Below, one piece after another: positions 25,860 to 39,674 of a DNA stretch of 64,000 nucleotides (position 1 is the first letter of the stretch; every line of letters begins with the position of its first letter). The position numbers and the translations under genes are program-made. Below the pieces are notes generated by a model. It saw only the letters and a program-made list of their open reading frames with translations. It ran no database searches and was not told the origin of the DNA. Source of the stretch: Octopus sinensis. Its lineage: Eukaryota. Location of the stretch: contig NC_043005.1 in assembly GCF_006345805.1 (NCBI RefSeq), forward strand, positions 20,336,001-20,400,000, written 5' to 3'.

Positions 25860-27020
25860 TAAACATTGAAAATATGCGGAGAACAACTTCTGCCACATTC
25901 CAGGGAGAAAAACTAGAAGTAGTTGATAGCTTCCATTACCTAGGTGACCAAGTCAGTAGCGGGGGTGGATGCACTGAAAGTGTAGCTGTTAGAATGAGAA
26001 TAGCGTGGGCAAAGTTCAGAGAGCTCTTACCTTAGCTGGTGACAAGAGGCCTCTCGCTCAGAGTAAAAGATTGAGTGTATGACATATGTGTACAAACAGC
26101 CATGCTACATGGCAGTGAAACATGGGCTGTGACTGTTGAGGACATGCGTAAGCTTGCAAGGAATGAAGCCAGTATGCTCTGCTGGATGTGCAATGTCAGT
26201 ATGCATACTCGACAGAGTGTAAGTACCTTGAGAGAAAAGTTGGACCTAAGAAGCATCAGATATGGTGTGCTGGTATGGTCATGTGGTGAGAATGGATGAG
26301 AATAGCTGTGTGAAAAAGTGCCACACCCTAGTGGTTGAGGGAGCCTGTGGAAGAGGTAGACCCAGGAAGACCTGGGATAAGGTGGTGAAGCATGACCTTC
26401 GAACATTAGGCCTCACTGAGGCAATGACTAGTGACCGAGACCTTTGGAAATATGCTGTGCTTGAGAAGTGCAAGCCAAGTGAGACCATAACTTATGGCCA
26501 ATGCCAGTGGGGTAACCAGCCCACTTATGCATACCTTTCCTTCACTGGACACTAAATTCTGCTTGCGAAGACCTGTTGAAGCAAGTGAAATTGAAATCAA
26601 ATTCAATGACTGACATCCGTGCTAGTTAACAGCACCATCCAAGCGTGATCGTTGTCAGAGCAGCTGACTGGCCTTGTGCTAGTAGTACATAAAAAGCACC
26701 ATTTGAGTGTGATCATTACCAGCGTCGCCTTACTGGCACGTGAAAAAATATTCGAGCGATGTCGTTGCCAGTGCCATTGGACTGGCTCAGGTGGCATGTA
26801 AAAAACACCATTTGAGTGTGGCCGTTGCTAGTACCACCTGACTAGCCCTCATGCCGATGGCACATAAAAGAGTGATTGGCATTAGGAAGGGCATCCAGCT
26901 GTAGAAACTCTGCCAGATCAGATTGGAGCCTGGTGAAGCCATCTGGTTCACCAGTTCTCAGTCAAATCGTCCAACCTATGCCAGCATGGAAAGCAGACAT
27001 TAAACAATGATGATGATGAT
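25860..27020 (+). mobile_element. RTE-clade LINE 3' fragment (degenerate)
   Basis: LEVVDSFHYLGD...RIAWAKFREL, LHGSETWA, WYGHVVRM...GRGRPRKTW, then the same 3' UTR and (ATG)n tail. Confidence 0.88.
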
Positions 27021-28010
27021 ATATATAAAGAATATGCAGGATTTAGTTCACTTGTGATCTAAATGAATAGGTACACTGGGTAAGTGCTATAGTTCGTCAA
27101 CCGTTATGTTCCAAGATCACAGCTAAGGCTAGATCTAGGGATCCGTGTTAGGGTTTTGTTATATTAAATTAGATGAAAAATCAAAAACATTATTCTCTTG
27201 CCTATATTCTAATAACTACTTTTACTCTTTATTTTTCTATTTTACTCCTTTGTCCTAAAAAATTCACTTAACTAAGGAGCCTTCTTAAATTCTAAGAGCG
27301 AAACATTTAGTCAGTATCCTTATGAGAGAAAATTCATGTTAAAGATATGAAATTTCCTGCTTGCTGACTAGTGAATGGATATTATACATTAACTGATCCT
27401 TTTTGGACACACCAGAACTGTAAAGGAAGACAACTCCATCTTGCTCAGAAGGGTTTACACTTTCAAGAATTTCAATTCAAGGGTTTTTTCACAACCCTGA
27501 CTGATTAACACTATATTCATACCTCCATTAGTAACAAGGTTTCGTGCCAGTGCAGACTTTGAGTCACTGTGTTGCTTCTGCTAAACATCAATAAAAATAA
27601 TTATACACAGGCATGGTTGTGTGATAAGAAGCTTGCTTCCCAACCTCATGGTTCCGGGTTCAGTCCCACTGCATGGCATCTTGGGCAACTGTCTTCTGCT
27701 ATAGCCTTAGGCTGACCAAAGCCTTGCGAGTGGATTTGATATATGGAAACTGAAAGAAGCCTGTTATATATACACATACATATACATACATATATATATA
27801 TACACACACACATACATATACATATATATATATCTATATATATATATATTTTACTCCTTTGTCCTAAAAAAATTCACTTAACTAAGGGGCCTTCTTAAAT
27901 TCTAAGAGTGAAACATTTAGTCAGTATACTTATGAGAGAAAATTCATGTTCAAGATATGAAATTTCCTGCTTGCTGACTAGTGAATGGATATTATACATT
28001 AACTATATTT

Positions 28011-28071
<61 letters not shown>

Positions 28072-28288
28072 GTTGTGTGTTTGTGTTTGTCCCCTCACCA
28101 TCACTTGAAAACTGATGTTGGTGTGCTTACATCCCTATGGCTTAGCAGTTCAGCAAAAGAGACAGACAGAATAAGTACAAGGCTTACAAAGAATAAGTCC
28201 AGGGGTCAATTTCTTCAACTAAAAGGTAGTGCTCCAGCATGGCCACTGTCAAAATAACTAAAACAAGTATAAGAATAAAAGAATATAG

Positions 28289-28347
<59 letters not shown>

Positions 28348-28660
28348 AGATATATAATCAACATCAAAATAAATATCAAATGGAAATTGTAGTTGTGATA
28401 CCTGTGCCGGTGGCACGTAAAAAGCACCATTCGAATGTGGTTGATGCCAACGCCGCTATGACTGGCTTCTGTGCTGGTGGCACGTAAAAAGCACCCACTA
28501 CACTCACGGAGTGGTTGGTGTTAGGAAGGGTATCCAGCTGTAGAAACACTGCCAGACCAGACTGGAGCCTGATGCAGCCTCCTGGCTTCCCAGACCCCGG
28601 TCGAACCGTCCAACCCATGCTAGCCCAGAAAACGGATGTTAAACGATGATGATGATGATG

Positions 28661-28713
<53 letters not shown>

Positions 28714-28968
28714 ACATTAACCTCACCAACCTCCATGTCAGAGCCAGATTAAAATAATTGTTGCTGTCATACAAGCAGTATCATTCATTTCCAATATTCT
28801 GCAAGAATATATCTGACCAAGAAAAAATATTATCTTGTTTGAAAAGAAGTGATGGTTGGTGACAGGAAGAGCATCCAGCCATAGAAAATCTTCTCCAGTA
28901 AACTCCATTCGACCATTCAAACATGGAAAAGTGGGCATTAAAAGGATGGTGATGATGATGATCTACAT

Positions 28969-29232
28969 CAGTGATTCCCAAACTTTTTTGGGCTGCTGCT
29001 CCCTTGGCTCTCAGGCCACATTCCTAGGTCCCACCCCCACTCAACACCACAAACATAGACCACTTTCTGCCGAAAATTCAGAACAACTGTATTTCACAAA
29101 TAAAATTCTATGTAAGAAACTTATTACTTTCCCCCTTTTGGCCACCCCATTATCACCCCACTTTTTTTCAATGTATCCCTGTATCTTTCTGCTGCTCTGG
29201 TGGGGCAGTACTACCCACTTTGGGAACCACTG
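28969..29232. mobile_element. hAT (Charlie-like) MITE
   Basis: TIRs CAGTGATTCCCAAA / TTTGGGAACCACTG; 8-bp TSD atctacat / atctacac. Confidence 0.8.
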
Positions 29233-29387
29233 ATCTACACCATAGTAAATTCAGTACTAAAAACATCTCTGAGGTGTCCTCTATTTTTATTTTGCTTAAT
29301 GGTTAATCTCAACCTGCTTTTGTACATTAACTGTGATATTAACACTAATGAATGATTTTTCTGGTTATTGATTGATATATATATATA

Positions 29388-29793
29388 GGCATAGGAGTGG
29401 CTGTGTGGTAAGTAGCTTGCTAACTAATGACATGGTTCCGGGTTCAGTCCCACTGCGTGGCATCTTGGGCAAGTGTCTTCTGCTATAGCCCTAGGCCGAC
29501 CAATGCCTTGTGAGTGGATTTGGGAGACAGAAACTGAAAGAAGCCTGTCGTATATATATATATGTATATGTATGTGTGTGTTTGTGTGTCTGTGTTTGTC
29601 CCCCTAGCATTGCTTGATAACCGATGCTGGTGTGTTTACGTCCCTGTCACTTAGTAGTTCGGCAAAAGAGACCGATAGAATAAGTACTGGGCTTACAAAG
29701 AATATGTCCCGGGGTCGATGTGCTCGACTAAAGGCGGTGCTCCAGCATGGCCGCAGTCAAAATGACTGAAACAAGTAAAAGAGTAAAGAGAGT
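29388..29793 (+). mobile_element. tRNA-derived SINE (family A, full length)
   Basis: Highly similar to 6158-6568. Confidence 0.85.
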
Positions 29794-29952
29794 ATATAAA
29801 GTAGAGAGCATGTGTGGTGTTGACTGCAGCAAACTAAATGAAAACCAGTCAAGATGAACATTGTGATACTTTGGTGACTAAACCCACAAGTTATCTTCAG
29901 AAACTGTAAAAATAAATTTGATCTAGAAAAAGGTTATTTTTTTCTTATGTAG

Positions 29953-29990
29953 AATTAATGAATTCAAATAGTGTATCATGTATTAAGTAA
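29953..29990 (+). CDS. PAN-PAN-Sushi-GON protein, probable terminal coding exon 9 (E-LMNSNSVSCIK*)
   Basis: Polypyrimidine tract plus tgtag|, phase 1, stop TAA, then non-repetitive AT-rich sequence with AATAAA at about 30369. The nine exons sum to 1359 nt (452 aa plus stop). An alternative acceptor at 30023 (stop 30072) cannot be excluded. Confidence 0.55.
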
Positions 29991-31729
29991 TTTTTTTTTT
30001 CTTGCTCGAGTTTTCCAATCAGTACCGCCATATGATGTATATTGGGTATTGAGTCATATAGGAAGTGTCTGACTCATGAAAAGCATGGTCCTGACTGCAC
30101 TGAAGTTGATGGACCTCACTAGTTTGGGACCCCATCCTTCAGTTTACAAAGACGGTACTAATACTGTGATGTTAAGAGGACAGATGACTGAATACATAAT
30201 CATTGGTTTCAATCTAACTATTACTGCAGTCATTATATTGTATGCTGAGCAATGCATGTAATCGCGTCTACTTAATTTACTCTGTTTATTACACCATTGT
30301 GTAACATAGGCAAATGTTTATCCCGATTCTTTTTTTTTTCATGTGTTACAATATATTTGAATTGATAAAATAAAATATTCTATTATGATGTTCTATTTTA
30401 AAATAATTGAGATACTTGAAGACGGCATTAATAGTGATGGGCAAAATGTCTTACAGTATTTAGTAATGTAACTTTAAAATCTGAGCTCCAATCCCATGAA
30501 GGTCAACTTTACCTTTCACTCCTCCTGGGTCAATAAAAAAAGTATTAGTCAAATACTAGAACCGATTAAATCTAATATACCTCTTCTCACCCTCTAAATT
30601 TGTGTACTTTTGTAAATAAAAGCAATCATTATAAAATAATTTAAACTGCTTTCTGTCATAAATCTTTCCAGAGCCCTCAAGTAGTGGTGTGAAAACCTGT
30701 GAATTCCTGAGACAAAAACATTGTTCCAAGTCTGCTCATGCACAGTGAAAAGTACAGAAAAATTTTCAAACATAATGTCATGTGAAATATGAAATAAAAG
30801 GCAATGATTTATGATATGAGAAATACCTTCAGCTGATGTCTTTTGAAATGTGCAATGCAAAAATTTCATGTCTGATGAAATGTTAAAAAGTGAAATTTAA
30901 TAAAAGCTAATTGTTTTTCAAGAACTGAAAAATGTAAAAATATATTTTGTGAAATGTAAAATGTTAATGTTATGTGAAATTTTATGAGATGTGAAACATC
31001 GAAAGTTGTGTTATAAAATGTTTAATGCAAAAATATGCAAGCTCATGAATGTAAGAAAATGATGCATTGTGGAATATGATTCATGAGAAGATGTATTGGA
31101 AAATGTGATATAACAGCCTTGTGAAATATGAAATTGAACAAGATATCTTTTAATATCTGAAATGCAAGGGATTATATCAAATGAAATGTTACAAGGTGAT
31201 GTATTGCAGAAATTCTGAAATGATAAATATTGGAGAATGGTGTCTTGTGAAATGTTAAATGTTAAAAAAACAATGTTGTTGCAAAACATGAAATGTGAGA
31301 TGGTTTGTCTGTAAAATGTGAAATATGAAATGTAATCATACTAACCTCTAAGAAATATCTGATTTATTTTCGAAAAGATTTTGAGGTATTTATGCAGGGA
31401 CACGTTTTAAATGTAAGTAATAAGGGTAACTAGAAATGGATCAAGCTTATTTATTAAGGAATGTGTATAAACACAACCAAGGTACATGAGTTCATAACAA
31501 TGTCCAAGGTTTGAATATCACATACTTTGGATGACAACTTCCTCCATAAAAGAAAAAATACCATTCCTGGGGCTTTCCCTGTCATCCACTATACTATGGT
31601 GCAGCAATGGCTGCTATCTTCCTCAAGGTTCTTTGCTTGAGTTCTAAAGCTGTGCAGGGTTTCTCAACATACTCGCTTTCTTTCAGATAATTCCACAGGA
31701 AATAGTCCAATGGAAAGTTAAGAGAGTAA

Positions 31730-32870
31730 TTACTTTCGTTGGCAACAAAAGGTTTCTCTCTCTGAGTGAAAGGCAGATTGTATGATGCTTAAGCATGAAC
31801 AGTGACATTACAAGATAGTGAGACGTTTTGGGAAGATGAGTTGTTGGGGAGAGATTTGTCAGGAATAAATTGTGTGCAGGGGTACATGAGCATGGGTAAG
31901 TTTGAAAGAAATGAAGCTAACAAGTTCTGTGGGTTGTGCACTGCCTGTGAGTGGGTATGTTATATTGTAAATGCGTTGAAAGAAAAATTGAACATAAGAG
32001 GCATCAGATGTAGTGTGAAAGAGAAAAGACTCCACTGGTATGGTTATGTGATGCATATGCATGAAGACAGCTGCATAAAGAAATGCCAGTTGTTAAATGT
32101 AGATGGAACATATGAAAGAAGGAAACCCAAGAAGACATAGGACAAAGTGGTGAAAAACGACCTCCAAAAATTGAGTATCACTGAGGTGACAACAAAGATG
32201 ATTAGCAATTTGCTGTGCTTGAGAAGACCCATTCATCTAAGTAAAAATGAGGCTATAAAGTCATGGCACTTTGTTTCTGCTCCTGCACTCAATCAGTGTC
32301 TGAAAAATCTCTTCCCAACAACTCATCTTCCCAAAATCTCTCTCTTCATATTTGTCCACCACTCACTGCATTCCTCTCACCTCCCCTCTAGCTCTCATTC
32401 TCCTCTTGCACCACTTCACTTATATTCACCTCCCTGTACCTTGAAGGTACAATCTGTCACATCTTCATCACCATCTCCTCTCCTCTCTCTCTCTCTCTGC
32501 ATTTTTCAGCTGGGGTAGCCATGTACCTCCACAACAACAAAACACCTATTTCTGTCCCTCTATCAGACTTTAACTTCTTATCACCTGGCACAAAGCCACC
32601 TCCCTCAATACTATTCCCTTTTTCAGTTAAGGGGTCTTTGTCATGCAAGTTACTTAATGACCTTGCTGGCACTGGTGCCATATAAAAAGTACCCAGTATA
32701 CTCCATAAAATATTTGGTGTTAGGAAGAGGATGCAGCCATAGAAACCATGCCAAACTAGAATTGGTGCCGTCCTCTGGTTTACCAGCTCCTATCAAACTT
32801 TCCAATCCATACAAGTATAGAAAACAAATGTGAAATGGTGATGATAACAATGATGATAATGATGATGACG
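31730..32870 (+). mobile_element. Old RTE-clade LINE 3' fragment
   Basis: KRLHWYGYVMHMHEDSCIKKC...RRKPKKT followed by a pyrimidine-rich UTR and ATG-repeat tail. Confidence 0.75.
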
Positions 32871-33036
32871 GTATTAGAGATCCACTTCAGCTGATTTAGT
32901 ATGTGTGTGTATGAATATGTATGTATGTATGTATGATTACATAGGTATGATTGAATATGCTTGACAAGTGACAAACTACATAAGATTCATCTCTAATTCA
33001 AAACACACTAAACTCTCACTCTCACTCTCACACACC

Positions 33037-33254
33037 TATTTCTTTACTACCCACAAGGAGTTAAACACAGAGAGGACAAACAAGGACAGACAAACGGATT
33101 AAGTCGATTATATCAACCCCAGTGAGTAACTGGTACTTATTTAATCGACCCCGAAAGGATGAAAGGCAAAGTCGACCTTGGCGGAATTTGAACTCAGAAC
33201 GTAACTCAGAACGTGTTTCGCCCGGCCTGCTAACGTTTCTGCCAGATCGCCGCC
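33037..33254 (-). mobile_element. SINE family C copy
   Basis: Reverse complement of 56004-56231 with a small internal duplication/deletion. Confidence 0.8.
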
Positions 33255-33654
33255 TTTGAACACACAGGTTAGTAACGACATAATGCGATGTATATAATTA
33301 TATATGGCTATAGAGTTCCCAGGTCTGGTAATGTCATAGCTCAGAGTCTCACCAAATAATCGGACAATCAAAACACATAAGTGAACTAATTTATAGCAGT
33401 AACTTTGCAAATACCTGCGGCTTGTCATACACGATATAGTGTAGGGCAAATAATTAAATTTTGTTGTATCTTAGGATCAATAATAAACGTATGCACTGAT
33501 TTCATTCCACTTATTACTATTAAACTAAGTAATCCTTAAACCAATTAACTAATCGATTGTTTAATTAATCGAAGGTTCGTCAGAGTCCTTTCATCGAATG
33601 ATTGACAGAATGATTAATCAAACAATTGATTCGTTAATTGGTCAACTAGGTGAC

Positions 33655-33768
33655 TAATAATAATAATAATAATAATAAACATTGTGTACAGTGCTCAGGT
33701 GCACTACAACTCATCTAAAGTGCATATATAATCAGGTGTAGTTTCGACGGATTTCGGAAAGCATGAGT
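33655..33768 (-). mobile_element. Very short 5'-truncated copy of the same CR1/L2-group LINE 3' end
   Basis: Matches 61684-61791 essentially base for base. Confidence 0.8.
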
Positions 33769-34569
33769 GAAATGATAGCAGGAGTGAAATAGAACCAGCG
33801 CTCGTAAACGAACCTTTCGAAATACAACAGAATTTGTTTCAACATATAATTTCACATCAAGTCTTACGAACCAAACGTAATAAAAGTATCTGACATAGCA
33901 AAAAAAAAAAAAAAAGATTAATTCTAAGTCAATGAGCTGCTTCCCTTAGATGAGTTGAGTAACGAATTTCAGGTTTAATTTATGTAGCAATAAAGTTTCC
34001 AAATAAAGCAAATAATAAAATCATGATTACTAATCTCTTGGTTGATGGATGGGGAGAAAAAGGAACAGGAAAAGACGAGGCTTGCGTTTGAGATTTATTG
34101 ATGACCACAGCAAAGACACATCTATTAAATTCAAATAGGAAATCGACTGGCTTCATAAATATTCTCGGAATAAAACAATCATCTCCACGCCTAAAAAAGG
34201 ATGCGGTTGTCACTACTAGACTGCATTTCATCATAAGACTGTTCAGTGAAGGCTAATATGGGATAAACAAGAACGTCATTCAAACATGCACATGAATCCA
34301 GATTCAGGGTTCTTGCCTAATACATGTGCTGTGAATGTCTGCTTTGAAACTAGCAAGAAGAATTCTTGTCTCAACCGACCGACAAATAAGTGTTGGTAGG
34401 ATGAAATAAGTTCATTTCTATTGTTTATGTTAGTAATGAAGTGCTGAATAATATGAAATTTTTCAGTATGGCAGAAGACATAGTTGTAGTAATTTTTTTT
34501 ATCTCTTTAATTTCAAAATACATTTTGCTATGAGACATGAATTTCATATATTTGTATCATACTTTTAAC

Positions 34570-36386
34570 TTGTTCTTTATTTTATTAAATTTTCCACAAG
34601 GACAGCACACAAAGAGAAGCTTGCGGGCTGGACACAGACATTAATGGGATGAATGATGATGATACAAGGATGATAAGGATGGGAGAAGATGAAAAGCGCC
34701 CGCCGACTTTCGCTTCTCTAAAACATTGTTCTTTTTTAAGCACAATGAGGCGATAAACCTCTTACATAGTTCAAAATTATTAAAAAAAAACACACACACA
34801 CACACTCACACGAGGCAATAATCCTCTCACTTTTACATTTTTTAGACTCTTTTTGAGTCCAAACGTCCAACAATTCAAGTTTCCTGTCCGACCAGGCTCC
34901 TCGCTTCATTGAAGCATGTATTCAGTTCCAATCTGGACCACTTGGCCATATATCTAAAGGAGTCTGCTGGGAAGGAATTCATTATCCTGCACAGATCGTT
35001 ATCCTATATGACCACCGCAGCCACCTGCGAAGGCCACTCAGGGTCCTCCATGCAAGACAGAAGCCCCTCCCACCGGCTCTTCCTTTCAATTTTTCCAATC
35101 TCATTTTGTAATGTCCCTCCATTATGGAAGAGGACAACAAATTCCTCCTCTGGCGTCTCATCCACCGAAGAAGCATCGGGCCACGCTGGCAGCATGTCCC
35201 AAACCGCCAGCAATGTCCCGTTTTTCTTTTCTTTTTCCTTTGGACCGCGGGAGGGTGGTGTTCCTTTGCTGTGTCCAACAGGTCCTCCTTTCCTCCCACA
35301 GCCCTCAGGTCCTTCGGTGGGCAACCATTGTTGCCCACCTTTCGCTTTCGTTTTTTCGAGGAGGTTTCCACTTCCTTGACATCCTCCTCCTTCTCTCCCT
35401 CCATTGAGGGAGCAGGGAGTCATGCCTCTACTAACTGCTCCAGGACCCCATTTTGGTCCTTGGGGCAGTTTTTCTTGATGTGGCCGGTTTCTAGGCACAG
35501 GTGACACTGGGGGGGGGGGCGTCCCTCGAACATCACCGGATACCTAGACACGGCCATCCTCAAAAAATCTGGGAAAACCAGACTTTTGGCAGATTGGGTC
35601 CATAGGGCCAAAACAACTTTTGACCCCTCCCAATCAGCCGCAGGCAAAATTTTTACATTGAGTAGCTTGGTACTGCTACAACCCAGACCCCGGCGTATAG
35701 AGTCCTCTATCCACTCGGGCTCAATTCCGGGTGGCAAACCGCAGACCCAAGGACTTCACAATAACTGGGAAGGAACATAATTTCATTGCCCTCCAGAGAC
35801 CAGCTTGCAAATTTGCAAGCTTCTTGGGGGGAGTCAAATAGCAACCAGACCGTTGCATATTTGACTCCCCGTGAAATAAATTCAATGGCTGGCATGTATT
35901 CTGCCAACTCTTTCAGAATTGTGGGTTTCGGGAAGACGGTTATGGTATCGAGCGACTTTGAATAAGTCCTCAATGCCACCGTCTTCCTTTCGGGCCCTTT
36001 GAGCCATGTTTAGGAGGTGTCAATTCCTACACTAATAATTCGTTTGCCATTTAAAAAAAAGTTCAAATAAAATTCACAATAGAGTTTAAAATGAAGAAAG
36101 ATACACATAAAAAGAAAGAAAGACACAACAGAAGGGAAGAAAAAAATAAAAATAACAGTTCAATAAAGTTTTTGTTTTAAACTAAATGATAGATATGAAG
36201 AAGATTTCAAATGATGGCAAAGAAAATAATTTTTGGCCGAAAGGTACTCCTGGCCAATCCTTTGTATAATCCACCAGAGAATTAAATTTCAAAAACAATT
36301 TCTCACAATTATGTGAGAAAAAAACGAACGTCGCTACCGTGGCAGCCAAAAGCTCGAATCAGTAAGGACGGCTTTCATTCACCCGC
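34570..36386 (-). mobile_element. ORF1-only (gag-like, zinc knuckle) Tx1/L1-type non-autonomous retroelement, pseudogenised
   Basis: Frameshifted ORF across about 36010-34870 with CX2CX4HX4C (CHLCLETGHIKKNC) preceded by an RRM-like region. Short 3' UTR ending aataaaataaagaacaag; no endonuclease or RT seen. Confidence 0.65.
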
Positions 36387-36624
36387 TGTATGTATATATG
36401 TATGTATGTATGTATGCATATACGCACGGCTCGTATATTGAATGGGGAAAGCTTGGTCTGCAATGTTTGCAGTTGTGTATGCTTGTCAAGAGCAGGGCTC
36501 ATTAGTCACCAACGGAGCCACAAATGCAAAATATAGTTAGTCCTAGAGCGCACAATGTTCCTGAAGATCGGCAATGGTCTTCCTCGGTCACAAGTGGACG
36601 GCCATCATGCATGTATGTATGCAT

Positions 36625-37915
36625 GCATGTACAGTATGTATGTATGTGCAGATTTGTATGTTTTATGTATGTATTCTCATGCATAGAGAAAGAACTGGTT
36701 TCTAACCTAGATCCAAGGCTCCTTTATTGGAATTTCAACATCAACAACAAGGTATTTTTGTATGTATGTGCAGATTTGTATGTTTTATGTATGTATTCTC
36801 ATACATATCTAGACATGCTCATATATATTTAAATGATAAACTTCTGGAAAGTTTTACAGATTTTTACAGATCCAGTGATGGATTGGCTCATGTACAGTAT
36901 GTATGTATGTGCAGATTTGTAGTTTTATGTATGTATTCTCAGCATAGAGAAAGAGAAAGAACTGGTTTCTACCTAGATCCAAGGCTCCTTTATTGGAATT
37001 TCAACATCAACAACAAGGTATTTTTGTATGTATTGTGCAGATTGTATGTTTATGTATGTATTCTCATACATATCTAGACATGCTCATATATATTTAAATG
37101 ATAAACTTCTGGAAAATTTTACAGATTTTTACAGATCCAGTGATGGATTGGCTCTGTAGTCATCAAATAAGCTTTCTCCTTTCTGGTTTCGAGAAGACTA
37201 ATTTCTCAAGATTGGTATTTAGGCAGTGTGCTATATATTCCAGGGCCTCAATAATTATGGGTATAAACCTGAATTTGCAATCTGGATAGAGTAACCACAG
37301 ATTTCTTAGTAGTTCAGCATAGGTGTTTTCTTTTTCACTGATCTTCAGCTTTATGTCAACATCTGCTGGGTAGCTAATTTCCACAACTGTACACAGATTC
37401 TCTTCTCTGTCTCAAATAATTATATCAGGTCTGTTGTGCTTACATTTTATTGAGGCCTTCACTGGTACTTTCCACCAGTATTCCTTTTTATTATGAGTGG
37501 CTATGGCTTCTACCATATTGTGAGTTCTAATTTCTTTGTCCTTGGGATTATCCTTCCAACGGATTTCATTATAGAGTGTCCTAACTACAACATCATGTCT
37601 CATCGGTAGATAATACCATGATGACATTTTCAGACAATTGCATATGATATGAGTGATATCTTCAGTGTGAACTCCACAAAGTCTGCATTGGTTGTCACAT
37701 TTTACTGCTTTTTCTGCATCTCTATCCCTTTTGTGCATCAGGTATTTGGTTGCTATTTCCTGTTCCTGGATTTCAAACACATACGCTTCAAAGTGGGAGG
37801 TAGTAATCCAGCTATTGGTCCATGATAGACTGCTTTGATGATTGACGTTACTATCATCACGGAGCTTTACTGACATATCCGTGCATAGTCATCTGCCCAT
37901 ATAGGCTCATCCTTT
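36625..37915 (-). mobile_element. R4/Dong-clade element 3' end (CCHC finger and RLE), with a tandemly duplicated 3' UTR of about 260 bp
   Basis: CRLCG..TEDITHII..C...RHDVV...KHNRPDIII...EIS.P...K..EK..Y. 36627-36885 is repeated at 36889-37155. Confidence 0.85.
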
Positions 37916-39674
37916 CATCTGATGTATGTATGGATGGATGGAGGGATGACTGCATGTAGTATGAATGTATGTATATGTATTATCATCAACCTCATCAATT
38001 AACGTCCGTTTTTCTATACTAGTATGAGTTAGACAGTTTGATAGGAGCTGGCAAGCTGAAGAACTGTACTAGGCTCCAATCATCTGTTTTGGCATGGTTT
38101 CTACAGCTTGATGCCCTTCCTAATGCCAGATGCACTACAGTGTACTGGGTGCCTTTTATGTGACTCCAGCACAGTTGCTTTTTACATGGCACCAGCATGA
38201 GGGCTCTTTACAAGGAACCAGCACTCACAGGGTCACCAAGTAGCTTGCAAGACAAGGACTTCTCAGCTGAGAGAGGGGTTGAAATTGAGAGAAGTTGCTA
38301 TGTGTCAGGTAAGAGGTTAGAGTATGATAGAGGGACAGGGATAGCTGTCATACTTCAGAGAAGATACTTGGCTACTCCAGTGGGACAGAGAAAGAGGGGG
38401 AGTTGGGAGAGAGTAAGAGAGTTAGAGACAGAGTGAGAGAGTGAGAGTCTACTGACAGAGAACAGTTGGGGAGAGTATAAGCAGTACAGAGGGGATGCTC
38501 CATAAGAGTGAGGTGAGATATTTAGAGGTAGTAAGTGATGGTGAGAGGAATTGGAGTGCCACTCTATTGGAAGCTGGTATGATATAAATATATATATATT
38601 AAATAATGAGGGTAGAAATTGATATTAATCAATTAAAACCAGTGGCTTAGTATATTTCATTTTCATTTGTCTTGCTTGTTTTTACATTCTGGCGTTTTAC
38701 TGAGATTTTTTTCTTGAGAACACACTCTTTGTGGTTAGGCAATTTGACATCTATATCTAACATATTAGGAGTTCACTTTGGCAATCATTCCTCTAAATTT
38801 TGTGTGTGTGTGTATATATAAATAAATATATATATATATATATATATAATAACAAAGGGTAAAATTAATTAATTAAGAAGTAATCAATAATTTCACCAAG
38901 TAGAATTCGGCATGAAAAAAGGACCATTTCATGGTACTTAAATATTAAGTATATATATATATATATATATATATATCCATGATTGACCACTAAATCCACA
39001 AGTATTTTTAATATTCTCTCTCTGTTTATTTCCTTGTGTTCCTTTCTGTTGAAGAACATAGGCTTGAAATGTAAAAGACTTTCTCACCTTCTCAAGCGTC
39101 AAACTAATACACCTGCTTGTTGTTTATACACCTGTCTTAGTCTTTTGTTTTTCTGTAAATTTCAGCTATATATTTATAGTATATCCTCCTCCTCATCATC
39201 ATCATCGTTGTTTAACATCTGCTTTCCATGCTGGCATGGGTTGGATGGTTTGACTGAGGACTGGCGAACCAGAAGGCTGCACCAGGCTCCAGTCTGATCT
39301 GGCAAAGTTTCTACAGATGGATGCCCTTCCTAATGCCAAACACTCTGAGAGGGTAGTGGTTGCTTTTACGTGCCACCGGCACGAGGGCCAATCAGGCAGT
39401 GCTGGCAACGACCATGCTCAAAAAGTGTTTCTTACATGCCACCTGCATGGGAGCCAGTCCGGTAGCACTGGCAACAACCACTCTTGAATGTTGATTTTTC
39501 ATGTGCCACTGGCACATGTTCCAGTAAAGTGATGCTGGCAATGATCATGCTCGAATGTATATATATATATATATATTGGTAAAAACGGTTAGATAACAAA
39601 AGAAAGAAAGAGACCTCTATATTATGTAAATAGAGGAATTTATCTGTAAATATAATATGTGACAATTATTCAGT

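Noticed and set aside
34020-34420. Possible coding exon or decayed GIY-YIG tail (MNPDSG)
   Set aside because: Stops interrupt the plus-strand frames, there are no convincing splice sites, and the similarity is too weak to call.
39045-39080. Minimal hammerhead-like TTGAAGA...GAAAT-GTA, and CTGATGA at about 4957
   Set aside because: Core and stems are too degenerate to support; at most dead pLTR remnants.
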